Assembly (NCBI GenBank): GCA_025558095.1
Contig: JAIVFI010000006.1
Span: forward strand, 1-64,000
Length of the DNA stretch: 64,000 nucleotides
DNA from: Hyaloraphidium curvatum SAG 235-1
Lineage: Eukaryota; Fungi; Monoblepharomycota
Reading direction: 5' to 3'
Numbering within the stretch: position 1 is the first letter of the stretch; each line of letters begins with the position of its first letter. The notes beneath the pieces were generated by a model that saw only the letters and a list, made by a program, of their open reading frames with translations, was not told the DNA's origin and did no database searches. A program made the position numbers and the translations under genes. Of the stretch, positions 34,301 to 46,974 are shown one piece after another.

Positions 34301-37300
34301 ATGGAACACGAATCCGATACCAAGCCCGACCCCGCCCGCATGGAGCCGCCCCGCGTGCCCGCCTCCAAGCGCGCCGCGTCGTCGCTCCCGCCCGCGCGCT
34401 CGGCGGTGCTCGTCGACGCGACGCACCTCGGCACCTTCGACGACGGCGCCGCGGTGACCGCCGATGCGCCGGCCTTCGACGCCGGCGCGTTCCCCGCCAA
34501 GCTGCGCGCCGAGGACGAGGCGTCGGGCGCCGTGCGCGACGCGTCGCTGGTGTGGGAGCACCTCACCGTGCGCACGGCCCAGGGCGCCTCGCAGGAGGGC
34601 ATCCCGCCCTTCTGGGAGCCGTTCCGGCAGCTGGCCATGGCCCCGGTCGAGATCGGGAGGAGGCTCGCGCGCGGGAGCAAGGTGGCACCCGAGGCGGACA
34701 AGACCGTGCTCGCGGACGCCTCCGGCTTCGTCAGGGGCGGCGAGATGCTGCTCGTGCTCGGCAAGCCCGACTCGGGCGCCTCGGCGCTGGTCCGCACCCT
34801 TGGCCAGCAGGGCCGCTACTTCAAGTCCGTTGAGGGCCGGATGGCCGTCAACGGCATCCCCGCGGACGACTTCATGAAGGCCTTCGGCAGCGAGCTCTAC
34901 TACTCGGGCGACGAGGACCGGCACCTGCCCAGCCTGACGGTCTCGCAGACCCTCGACTACGCACTGCGGTACCGCGAGCGCGACCCCGCGCGCCGCGCCG
35001 AGTGGCTCGAGTGGCTCGTCACCTGGCTCGGCCTCACCAAGGCCAAGGACACCATCGTCGGCGACGCCTTCCTGCGCGGCGTTTCGGGCGGTGAACGGCG
35101 CCGCGTGTCGGTGGGTTTCGGCCGCATCGCCGCGCAGCGATCGGATTCTGATGCCCTCCTTGCCTTTTAGGTCGGGGAGCAGCTCGCCGCCAACGCCACG
35201 ATCAACTTCTACGACCAGTGCACCAAGGGCCTGGACAGCACCTACGCGCTCGTTGTCATCAAGGGCCTGCGGCTCGTCACCTCGGCGCTCAACAAGACCA
35301 CGGTCGTCTACCTCAACCAGGTCTCGGACGCGATCTACGACCTCTTCGACCGGGTGCTCGTCCTCCACGAGGGCAGGGTGATCTACCAGGGCACCCCGGA
35401 CAAGGCCAAGGAGTACTTCACCAAGCTCGGCTTCGATGCCCTGCCCAGGTCGGTCTCCCCCCGGCTACCCTCGCCTCTACGCCCAGCTGACCCCGTTTCC
35501 CCCCACCAGGCAATCCGTCCCCGACTTCATCACCCAGTGCATCGAGCCCAAGGAGCAGAACCCCCGCGCCGGCGTCCGCAACGCCCCCCGCACCCCCGCG
35601 GACTTCGAATCCGCGTGGCTCTCCTCGCCCGAGCACGCGGCGTTCGCGGCGTCCATGGCCGCCGTCAAGGCCGAGCTCGAGGCGGCCGGCGCCGCGGCGT
35701 CGTTCGGGGAGGCCGTGGTGCGCAGGCGCGAGGCGAGCAGCTCCGCGGGGGCCGGCTCGGTGCTGCCGACCACGGGATGGGAGCAGTTCGCGACGACGGT
35801 CAAGGTGATGCATCCGGCCGGCCGATCGGGTCCGGGTGCTGACGGATGCGGCCTCCCCAGCGCGAGTTCACCCTCCTCTCGGGCCAGAAATTCATGGTCG
35901 TCGCAAAGTGGTTCTTCAACCTCGCCGTCAGCCTCATCGTCTCGTCCTTTGCCTTCCAGGCGCCCGACACCGGCGCCGGCTCCTTCGCCAAGTCGTCCGG
36001 CCTCTTCTTTGCCCTGCTCATCAACGCGCTCAACACCAACGCTGACATCCCCGACGTCGTCAACGCCCGCCCCGTGATGTACAAGCAGAAGAACAACTTC
36101 TTCTTCCGGCCGGCCTACTACTGTGGGCGCTTCGTCGCAGCGCCCTCATCGTGCCTTGCTCACCGCCCTTTTCGCCCCCGCAGACCTCGCCACGATCGCC
36201 GCCGACCTCCCCATGCGACTCCTCTACGTCGGGACCTTCGCCATCGTTTTCTACTGGATGGTCGGCTACAAAGCCACCGCCCCGGCCTTCCTCATCTTCG
36301 TGCTGGTCCAGTACTGTGCCGGCGTCGCCTGTGGGTTCCCTCCCGCCTTCCGATCCCGCGCCGCTGACCGTGCCCGCCAGACTCGGCGCAGTCCCGCTTC
36401 CTCGTCGCCCTGTCCAAGGACCAGGACACCGCCTTCCGCACCGCCGGCGCGCTCCTCATCCCAACCATCCTCTACTCCGGCTGGGCGCTGCCGTACCAGA
36501 ACATGCGGCCCTGGTTCATCTGGCTCTACTGGTGGGCTTCCTTCCGCCGCCGCCGGCCTCGTCCCCGGAGCTGACTGACCCCGCACCCCCGCAGGATCAA
36601 CCCGCTCGCCTACGCGTACAAGGCCGTCATGATCAACGAGTTTGCCGACGCCGCCATCTCGTGCGAGGGCAACCTGTTCCCGCCGTACCCCGGCGTCTCG
36701 GTCGACTACCAGTCGTGCACCGTCCCGGGCGCCCAGCCGGGCTCGGACGTCGTCTCGGGCGCGGACTGGCTGTGGGCGACGTACAGGATCACGGACAACA
36801 CGGCGTACATCTGGTACAGTGGGTGTCGGCGCCGGCGAAGGGGATCGGGCTCGGGCTGACCGACGAATGCAGACTTTGCGGCCATCATCGGGCTCACCAT
36901 CATCTACACCGTGCTCGCCACCGTCGTCACCAGCTTCGTCGAGTTCGGCAAGGGCGGCGTCGTCACCAACGTGGGCTAATTCGCCGCACCTCTCCCGATC
37001 TTCGCTGATCTTTACTCCGCCGCAGATCTACAAGAAGGGCTTCGCTCCCCGCGCAGCTGCTGCCGGCACCGCTACGACTTCGGAGTTCGACGACGCCGAC
37101 AAGGCCAAGGACGCAGTCGTCGTCGAGCTCTCGGGCTCGAACCCGCTCAGCCTCGACACCCTCGACGGCACCTCGGACCCGAACCGGCTCAACCCGACGG
37201 CGCACAAGAAGAGCACCGCCGACATCGCCCGCACCAAGGCCTTCGACGCGCCCACCATCACCTTCCGCGACCTCTCCTACCACGTCGCCATCTCCCGCGG

Positions 37301-39398
37301 CACGGAGCGCCAGCTCCTCGACTCGATCTCGGGTCGCGTCGTCCCCGGCCGCCTCCTCGCGCTCATGGGCTTCACGGGCGCCGGCAAGACCACGCTGCAG
37401 GACGTGCTGGCGCGGCGTAAGACCGACGGCAGGATCGAGGGCACCGTGCTCGTGGACGACCGGGCGCAGGACGACTCGTTCAAGCGGATCGCGGCCTACG
37501 CGGAGCAGTCGGACGTGCTCAACCCCAACTTCACCGTGCGAGAGGCGCTGCGGTTCAGCGCCTACACCCGGCAGCCGGCCGACGTGCCCAAGGCGGAGAA
37601 GGACAGCTACGTGGAGGAGATCATCGGCATCCTCGGCATGGACGGCGTCGCCGAGGCCCTCGTCGGCTCGCTCGAACTGGGCGTCGGCATCGGGCTCGTG
37701 GACCGGAAGAAGCTCAACATCGGAATCCAGGTGAGTCTCCCGCTGGTTCGTGAGCTTGAACGGGACTGACTCTTGCTCCTTCAGCTGGTCGCCAAGCCCA
37801 AGGTCCTCATTCTCGACGAGCCTACGTCTGGGCAGGACAGCTACGCCGCGTTCCAGATCGTCCGCCTCCTCCGCAGCCTGGCCGACCTCGGGCTCGCCAT
37901 TTTCTGCACCATCCACCAGCCCAGCGCCCTGCTGTTCGAGTACTTCGACGACCTCATGCTGATCGGCAACGGGTGAGTTACTTTGGTTCGGAGAGGTCTC
38001 GATCGGCGGCTGACCCGTTTCCTCCGCTCCAGCGGAAAAGCGGTCTACTACGGCGAGATCGGCCCCGAGGGCAAGACGGTCACGGACTACTTCGCCCGCA
38101 ACGGCGCCCTCCCGATCGCCCCCGGCGAGAACCCCGCCGAATACGTCCTGGACGCCGGCAACGGCCTCCGCGACGCCAAGCCGGCCCGCACCGCCAAGTG
38201 GCCCGAGATCTGGCTCGCCTCGCCCGAGTACGCCGAGCTGCGCAACGTGATCGACCACGCCGTGGAGCACCAGAACCTTGACGCCCCGTCGGGCGATTCG
38301 AGCCGCGCCTTTGCTCTGTCGACCGCCCAGCAGATCCCCCTCGTCGCGGAACGCACCCTCTTGGACTATTACCGAGATGGGCCGTACAACTTCGGAAGGA
38401 TCGCGCTCGCCATTCTGCAGGCGGTCATCGTCGGTTTCACGTACTGGCAGCTGCCCGATACATCGTCGGGAGCCGTCGTCCAGATGCTCGCCCTCTTCAC
38501 CATCGCTACGTTGGGCATCCCGTTCGTGATCCTACCCCTGAACCCCTTCGACGCCCGCCGCAAGTACTTCCTCCGCGACCAGGCCTCGGGGATGTACAAC
38601 TGGTTCGCCTGGTGCCTGGGGATCACCGTCGCCGAGATCCCCTTCACCGTCATCGCACCGACCATCTTCTTCCCCATCATCTACTTCACCTACGGGCTGC
38701 AGTTCGGCCACCTCGCGCCGCTCATCTTCTGGGCTGGCCTGATCGTCTACCACATGTGGTGAGCTTCTTTGGCGCCGCGCTGGCCGACCTCTGCTGACCG
38801 AATCCTTCCAGGGCCAACTCCTTCAGCCAGTCGATCGCCGCCTTCACTCCCAACGCCGGTCTCGCCACCCTGCTCGTCAGCTTGACCACGACGATCATGC
38901 CGGCGTCCAGCGGCGTCCCCGTGCCCTATTCCGTTCTGGTAAGGTCGCCTTGCTTCCCTCTTGGAGCTCTAGCTCACGCGACCGCCCTCCCAGGTGCCCT
39001 TCTGGCGATTCTTTTACTGGGTGAACCCGCAGCACTGGGCCTCCGAGATCTTCGTCACCAACCAGCTGCACGACCTGAACCTGAGCTGCTCGGCCGCGGA
39101 GGCCACGATCTTCAACCCGCCGGCTCCCGCCACTTGCGCCCAGTACATGGCGCCGGCGTTCGCCAACGGAGCTCCGGGCCTCCTCCTCAACCCGAGCGCC
39201 ACGTCGGGCTGCGAATACTGCCCGATCACCAACGGCGACACCTTCCTCGAGTTCCAGCTCGGGTGGTCTTTCAGCAACATCGGACGCGCATTCGGCGTGC
39301 TTCTCGCCCTCTACGTCTTCGACCGCATCATGATGAATTTCTTCATGTGGTGGCGGACCGGGAGGTCCTTGACGGTGCGGAAGAGGAAGACCGCCTGA
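34301..39398 (+). CDS. Full-size PDR/ABCG transporter (NBD-TMD)x2, many introns
   Basis: NBD1 has a degenerate Walker A GKPDSGAS and signature [13 protein letters not shown]2 has GFTGAGKTT and ILDEPTSG. Both TMDs carry the PDR W-x-Y-W-I/V-NP motif and Cys-containing extracellular loops. Confidence 0.92.
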
Positions 39399-39629
39399 AC
39401 CAGATAGCTCTCTTCTGACTTCTCCCATGTTGCGACTGTCTCCGAATGAACATCTCCATCTATCTTTATCTGAAGCAAAGCTATCTACTCGTCCTTCCAG
39501 ACTGAACCAGACCGGCTTTATTTGGGAAGTTTGGATGGTGGAGGAGTCAGATTCGGGAGCTGGAGGAGGCGGAGGGGAGCGGCGGCTGTGCGCGGGGGGC
39601 GGGTCTCTCGTTCACTTCAACTGCTGACG

Positions 39630-42600
39630 ATGGACGCTAGCGGCGCCGACGATGAGGCAGCAGCGAAGCACAATATTCCCTTGGAGAGCGTCGTGCCCGT
39701 CGAAGGCGATGCGACGGCGGCCGGCCGGCCGAACGGCGATGGCGTTGCGGAATCCCCGTCCCCGACGAGGGAGGGAGGACTGCGGCGCCGCGTCGTGGAC
39801 AGCCTGAAAGACAGCTATGCGGAGGCGCGAACGATGCAGTTTGACCATACGCTGGTCGAATCGTTGGACCTGGAGGGTGGGACCGGCGCCCGACGCTATC
39901 TGGCCCTGCGTCTGACCTATGGCTCCGTTGGGCAGAACCGGACCTTTACTACCGATATGCTGTCGCCAAGCGCGGTGGACGATCGCCTGTGCCTTCTCCT
40001 GCGTCGGATACGGTGCCGCCCACGGCACCGCACACGGCGGCTGGGGGTCGTGGGAACGGCAACGGGTCCATCCCCCTTCCGACCTCTCCAAAGGAGGACG
40101 AACCCGAGGTCCCTTATCCGTTGATGAGGAATGGCTCCTTTGCGGCGAAGGGAACCCACAACACCCTTTCCTCGACCGTAACTGTTCGCCCGGAGCGCAG
40201 CACCCGCGACAGACTTGCCGAGGGCCTTTTGCGTTTCCTCGACGACTTTGCACGCTACTTTCTTATTCTCTTTCTGGCCACGCTCGTCGCCTGCATGTAC
40301 AAGTTCATCTTCTTCAGCTCCGAAGAGGGCTTGGAGTGGCGGATTCATCTGATGGAAGGCTATCTCGGCATTGGACACGGCGGTGGCGGCGAGAAGCACC
40401 GCCGCGCTCCCGGGTCGGAAAGCACCCCCGACTCGGGACAGCTGCACGATCCGAACTACGCCGCCGCGTACTTCGTCTCCGTCGGCACCTCCCTGCTCTT
40501 TGCTCTCCCTCCCGCCCTCTTGATCGTGCTCTTCAAACCGGCCGCCGCGGGAGCCGGGATGCCCGAGGTCATCGCCCTGCTGAACGGCGACCTGCAAACC
40601 CGGGCCTTCGAATTCGCGGCGCTGGTTCTCAAAATCTGCGGATCCATAGGGATCGTGGCCAGTGGCTTGTTCTCCGGCTTCGACGGACCCATGATTCAGA
40701 TCGGCGCCGTCATGGCTTACCTCATGATCAGCGTGCTCTGGGGCCCGACGGAGGTCGCTCGCCACGTGGGCTTGCGAAACATGGGCCTGGGCACGGCCGT
40801 CTCGGAAATGCCGAAGGTCAAGACCTCTTCGGGTTCCAACATGGTGACCTTGCACAACACCTTCCGACGGCGCGCCATCGCCCACGAGGTGGACGAGGTC
40901 CGGCACTCGGAGAAGCAGAAACGTACGCTGGACTTTGCGACCCTGGGGGCGTGCGCCGCCATCGGCTCTGCTTTCCGCTCGCCTCTTGCCGCGGTCACTT
41001 TTGCGCTCGAGGAGGCCATCACCCATTACGATCCTTCTTTCATTTCCCGGGCGATGCTCGTGGGAATCTGGGCCTTCCTCATGCTTAGTTTCCTCAACAA
41101 AATCGACTGGTTCAACCCGTACAGCTTCTCCATCTTCTCCATTAACGGGCATTGCACCATACGTACCGAGTACTTGGACTTGCTTCTGTGGACTGCTATG
41201 GGTTTCGTGGCCGGCGTTGCTGGTAAGCATTGCGAGTTCCCGCGTCTTGCGCCAGCTCAATCCCGCTGTCAGGGCACCTTTACAATCTCGCAATCACGAA
41301 GATTCGGACCCTGCGGACGCGTCTCACGTGGCCGGCCAAACCCGGTCGTGCCATCGTGGACCTCGTCGTCGTGGTCCTCATCTCCATGGCCGTCGTCGTC
41401 TTCCTGCCCCTGGCCTTCGACACCTGCACGCCTTTGCGGCAGTCGCTGGACCACGTATCGGACCTGAGGAATGCCTGCGACATCATTTGCAACACGACGG
41501 CAGAACCGCCGGTGACGTACCTCAACTTCGAGTGCCACCTCTTCCTCGACGAGAGCATCGCAGGGGACAAGATCTGCCTTCCCGACGATGTCCAGACCAA
41601 CGTCTTTGCGGTGAGCAGATCGGCGCCGGTGTTACACTTTTCGCCTATTCTGATTGCGCGTGACAGACGATTGTGATGATGCTCGACAACGTCAGCACCA
41701 ATGCCTGCGCGACCCTGCCCAAAAACGCAACGTACCGGTTCGACCCTTTCAGCGCGACTTCACGCCAAGAACTTGCGGCCGGTACACGTCTACCCTACAT
41801 CAAGAAGGGCACGGTTGTGGACCCTGCGACTGGTCAGACCGTGGAGTGTGTCTGGCAGATGAGGTGGGGGGCCTTCGGAACCGAGCCCGTGCACGATCCA
41901 TCTAACGACCATTCAGGTCCCTGCTTTGGGACATTCCAGAACGGGTCCTACAGAATCTGTACCTTCGTGGCCTGTACTACCTTTTCGACTGGCAGGTCCT
42001 CCTCACCTTCTCCTTCGTCTACCTGGCCCTCTCGATGATGGTCAACGGAATCTGCCTGCCAACCGACATGGTCATTCCGAATCTTGTCATTGGTGCGAGT
42101 TTCGGCAGATTGTGCGCTTTGGGCGTCAACGTCCTGAAGGCCAACTCCGGTGCGACGCTCGTGGATCCGGGACTATATGCAGTTTTGGGCATGGCGGCCT
42201 TTTGGTCTGGGACATCGCGGATGAGCATAACCATTGCCCTGATCGGTGAGCGGAGCCGCACGGTGGCTGGTCTTTTTGCGCTGACAGCACGTCGCAGCTA
42301 TCGAAACGACCTTCGAGCTCACCTACCTTCCCGCGATCCTGGTCGTCGTGACAGTGGCCACGATCGTGGGCAACTCCCTCGGCCCGTCGCTCTACCACAT
42401 GGAGATCCACAACCGGCAGATACCCTACCTCGACATCGAGCCGCCGCAGCAGTCCAAGGACGTGCTGGCGAGGAAACCCGTCTCGGAGATGATGTCGCGG
42501 CCCGTGCACGTCGTTGTCGGGTTGCGGCCGACCCAGGGCGAGATCAGGCGCGTTCTGGAAGAGCCGAACAGTTTCGCCGGATATCCTGTCGTCGACCAGG

Positions 42601-42902
42601 AGGGAGGCCTGATTGGCCTCGTTCTGCGGCAGAGGCTGGAAGCTCTCCTCGCTTCCGCCGTCGTCTCGGACGATGAGGCCACCATGGACCTCTCTTTCGT
42701 GATGAACCCGACCCCGACATGCGTGCCGGCCACGATGTCGGTGCTCAAGGCGTTCGCCACCTTCCGCAGCCTGAAGCTCAGGCACATGGTCGTAGTGGAC
42801 AGCTTCGCTTCGGGCCGGGTGGTGGGTTTGGTGACGAGGCGCAATTTGGTGGATGCAGAGCACACAGCTGCACATGTCGGTCACGAGGCGTCGCATCAAT
42901 GA
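39630..42902 (+). CDS. CLC-family anion channel/transporter (CLC-6/7-like, two C-terminal CBS domains) with non-canonical pore motifs
   Basis: Motifs GAGMPE, GFDGPMIQIG, AFRSPLAAVTFALEE, DMVIPNLVIGASFGR, PGLYAVLGMAAFWSGTSRM and SLYH. CBS pair: FAGYPVVD...LIGLV and FRSLKLRHMVVVD...VVGLVTRRNL. Confidence 0.88.
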
Positions 42903-43067
42903 TGTATATTGACGGCATACATCATCGCCGGCGAAAAGGATTGCGTGAAGGGACCGGAGTCCCTCCGACGCAATGCCACCCGTGGCGATTTCGCCTTTCC
43001 CCGAGCAAGTCCTCCTTAGACGCAGGCCTTCTGCGAGCGCTGCAATCGTGGAACAACGGCCTTGGGG

Positions 43068-43533
43068 ATGACGAACACCGTCACGGGCAGCTGCCTCTGC
43101 GGCAACGTCTCGTTCTCGGTCGCCGGCAGTCCGGCGTATCCGCACTACTGGTTGGATCTTCAACTTCCTTCCCACACGTCAAAACTAACTGCACCCCTAC
43201 TACAGCTCGTGCACGATATGCCAGCGGGCCCACGGCGCCCCCCTCGTCGCCTGGACGGGCTTCGAAGGCCTAGACTGCCTGCAGTTCGCAAAGGCCAAGC
43301 CGACGTGGTACCGCTCGTCGGAAAAGGCTGAGCGCGGGTTCTGCCCCACGTGCGGGTCGCAGATCGCGTTCCTGGCCGAGGAGCACGGGATGACGTTCGT
43401 CGCCACGGCGACCATCGACGGCGCGGGCGGGGATGGTTACGCGCCCGAGTTCTGGACCTTCGAGGAGTCGAAACCTGCCTATCTGAAGGCCGAGCTGCCT
43501 GCTGGGCCGAAGGAAGCTAATGGCCAAGCTTGA
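43068..43533 (+). CDS. GFA/CENP-V (Mss4-like) zinc-binding protein (one intron ~43150-43205)
   Basis: TGSCLCGNV...C|SCTICQRAHG...RSSEKAERGFCPTCGS matches the GFA CxC...CxCxxC...FCxxCG pattern. Confidence 0.88.
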
Positions 43534-43715
43534 CGCGGACTTCTTGGACTGTTCCGGACCTCATTCGACGGCATTGAGGCATGGACCGCAGGCTCGCTGC
43601 CATACTGAACTATCGATCGAACGTAGATGAAATACAAGTGCTGGATCATCCTCTGGATATGCTTCGCCTTGTCTTTTGCCCCCTCCTGTATCGGTCCGCC
43701 CCGACGTTGCTCACG

Positions 43716-44385
43716 CTACAGCGCCACCTCCACCTTGACCTTGGCCTCCCTCAGAATCATCCTCAGCCCGGCGACCTTGAGGTTCGGCTCGTCGAGGATC
43801 AGCCTGACCCCGTCCTGCTCGTCGACCCGGAAGAGAACCTCGCCCGGCGTGATCTTGGCCGCGAAGCTCGTGGCCGACTTCGGGTTGGGCACTGCGGGCG
43901 ACCCAAATCAGAACATTCTGCGCGCAAACATGCAAGGTCGTCATTAGGTTTAGGGGACGTGAGAGTAGAGGGTCAGCACGAAGACGGGCGTGAGATCGAT
44001 CTTGGTGGCGATGAAGATGTCCAGGCGGGCCGGGCCGTTGCGGGCGGGGTGGTTGGGGTCGACGATGATCCCAGCGCTGCCAGATCCAGTATCAGCACGT
44101 GCGAGCAGGCACGATCGGGCGGCGGAACCCACGCGCCGAAGGGGTGCAGCCTGGGGATCCCGTCCGCGTCGCACGCCCCGGGGGAAAGCCCGAGCTTCAT
44201 GATCGCCTTGGGAACATGCTCTCCTTGGCCATCTTCCGCCTCGGCAACGTCTCGGGGGCGACGGAGTTGATCTGCCCGGGCAACGCACGGTTGATCTCCA
44301 GTTCGTAGTCGGCTCTCGGAGAGAAGGCAGCGGGCTGGCGGGCGAACGGAGAGGGGCGCCGGGGAGGGGCGAAGCAGTTTCCCAT
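43716..44385 (-). CDS. Hypothetical protein, exon structure unresolved (possibly degenerate)
   Basis: Fragments are MGNCF..., MKLGLSPG..., AGIIVDPNHP...LTLYSH and ...VRLILDEPNLKVAGLRMILREAKVKVEVAL*. I could not join all pieces with consistent intron phases. Confidence 0.3.
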
Positions 44386-45020
44386 TTTCGCGGAGAGGTG
44401 GTGGGAGTGGAAAAGGCGGAGAGCTGGGCTGCCTGGCGGCGAATCGGGCGGGCGAGGCCGGTGAGAAGCCTGTAGATAGCTGCGGTCGGCACCGGCGCGG
44501 ACCTCGTGGAACGTGCCGCGCGTCAATAGCGCCGGCAGCGAAGGCCGAAAGAGCGAAGAGGTGCAGGAATCCGCGGTGCGAGGCCGCACGGGAGAGGGTG
44601 CGAGGAGAGGCGGCGGACGGCGCGCGCGGGGCGTCGAGCGCGGAGTCGGAAGTGACGGGCGCGGCAGGTCCCGAGCGAGACCGTAGCCGTGGTTCGGAGG
44701 GCTGCTGCCTGTGGTCAGCGCGCCGACCGAACGCGGTGCGGTTGTGGGCGTCGACGCGATCGATCGATGACCCATCCTGCTCCCAGCTCGCCAAGACAAC
44801 ACCGCCGCTCAAAATCCAACACCCAGGACGCAGAAAAGGGGAAGTGGGGCGATCGCATTCGAAGCAATCATACAGCAACATTCATGCTTGGAACTCGACG
44901 ATCTGGCTCGCCTCCCCCGTCTGAATCGAGGACATTCGGGCGGTCTGATCGCGATCCGCCCGGCACGGCCAAGCCTCGACAAACATCTATCTCGGCTCGC
45001 CGGTGCGCGACCTCGGCGCC

Positions 45021-46762
45021 ATGCGGTGGCTCTCTGCCGCGCTCTTTTGTTCTTCCGCATGTCTTTTTGCGGTGGCCGACGCTGCCCAGCGCCGCCCACC
45101 GCGGCAGGCCCCGGCGCAAGTGCCGCCCGGCTATTCCCTGGACAATGCCACTGCGGGTCTGCTGGACCTGGTCGCAGGCCCGGGCTACGATGCATCGACA
45201 CGGCCGCTGTTTGGCCGCGCCGAGACGGTCGTGGAGGTGCAGCTGCGCGTGAACCAGCTTTACGCGCTCGAGCCCGACTCGTCGACGTTCACGATGGACG
45301 TGCGGCTCCGTCTGTATTGGAACGACCCGCGCCTCGTCGCTCCGCCGGACTGGCCGTCGTCCAACGGCTCGCACTATCGGCTGCTGGGCATGGTGGAGCT
45401 AGGTAACGGACACGACGAGCCGTACCGAATATGGACCCCCGACATCGCCTTCTTCAACCAGGTGGAGTCGACGCTGCTCGACAGCGTCGTCAAGCTGGAT
45501 CCGCTGACGGGCAACGTCTTTTGGAGCCGCCATTTCGTGTGCAAGCTCTCCAACTCCTTCTTCTTCGCGGCGTTTCCGTTTGACAAGCAGAACCTGACGA
45601 TGCGGATCACCTCCTTCAGCTACAACAAGGAGCAGATGACCCTTTCCTTCCGTTCGCCACCGGTTTACCCTGAAATCGACCCCGCGACCTACTCGCAGGG
45701 CACATGGGACTTTGACTCGTACTCGATCGGAAACTACCTGTACCTGCAGACCGATGACGGGGTGCTCTTCGAGATGCTGACGTTCAGCATGCTCGTCTCG
45801 CGCAAATCGGGGAGCTACTACATTAAGACGGTGCTACCGCTGTTGCTCCTCGTGGCATTGACTTGCGTTTCCTACTGGCTGTCGGCCGACGCGATCCCGG
45901 AGCGCTTGGGTCTGACAATCACCCTGGTCCTGACCATCGTGTCGTTCTACAACTCGACCAGCTTTATGCTGCCGCCCGTCAACTACGCGGTAACGCTGGA
46001 CTGGTGTAGGTGCCTTTCGTGGTTCGATCGATCCTTGCCTGACTTCCCATTGCCTTTGCAGACGTGTTCGTGGCGTTCCTCGTCTCCTTCTTTGCCCTCG
46101 TCGAGGTTGCCATGGTGCATCACCTCGTCCGGCGCCAGCGGAACCACATCGTTGCCTCGGAGCTGGATTTCTTTTGCCGCCGCTTTGTGCTTCCCTTCTG
46201 GGCCTTGTTCAACGTCGGGATCCTCGTCCAGCTGCCACCCGGCTCGTTCCCGTACGTCTGGCTCATCTGCGGGATCCTCATATTCCTGCTCCTCTTTGCC
46301 AACGCCTGGCTCTTTGCCTACTATATCTACAAGCGCTACGACCTCCGGATGAAGCTGGAGGCGACCGCGTACGGGAAGGAGAAGCTGGAGGACTATGGCG
46401 AGTACGTCGCGGGCAACGTGGACATCGGCCGCCCGGGCACGCTCCGGCGGCGGGCACACGACATTATCATCAGCTCGACAGAGGGCGTGTTCGACCTGCT
46501 GCACATCCCGCGGCCCGGGGGGAAGCAGCTCCGGCGGCTCGCCACGGATGCGGACGGAGTAGGGCCGGACGCGAAAGGGACAGAGCGGGAGAAGATTGAC
46601 CGGCTGAGCATCGATGAGGACCTGGAAAAGGCACGGAGGGCGAGGCGGGCATCGGCTTTGGGCGACGGTGGGGAGCGCGGGGACGGGAACGGGTCCGTTT
46701 CCTCGAGGGGGAAGAAGAGCGTGGCGGACGACTCGGACGTGGCGGACGGCGAGATAGTGTAG
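45021..46762 (+). CDS. Cys-less pentameric ligand-gated ion channel (Pro-loop receptor) subunit 1, with extra C-terminal TM helix and tail (intron 46006-46061)
   Basis: Signal peptide, then YDASTRP, YWNDPRL, IWTPDI, FPFDKQ and pre-M1 R (SRKSGSYY). TM segments are M1 with Pro (VLPLLLLV), M2 PERLGLTITLVLT, M2-M3 LPPVNY, M3 TLDWY...LVE and M4 RFVLPFWALFN. Confidence 0.92.
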
Positions 46763-46974
46763 GACTTGAGCCTGTTGCTCTCTGGATGCTATTGCTTCGG
46801 ACATCACTGGCCGTGAGCGATGTTCCCCGTCCGTCGATCAGCTCCACCCGTCTATGTCAAGCCACATGACGGAGAGCAGGATTAGCAGAGCACAACGGAT
46901 TGCGTTCTGAGCCCGATCCCAAGCCCCGCCAAATATCCCGCCATATCTCCTTCTCGATCGGCGCCCTGGGGGCC

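Noticed and set aside
34758-34785. Degenerate Walker A (GKPDSGAS) as a sign of an inactive ABC transporter
   Set aside because: An asymmetric degenerate NBD1 Walker A and NBD2 signature are normal for fungal PDR transporters.
44270-44290. A 17-nt GT-AG micro-intron that would join MGNCF... to the downstream frame
   Set aside because: It is far shorter than all other introns here (~50-65 nt) and has no room for a branch point. It cannot be supported without cDNA.
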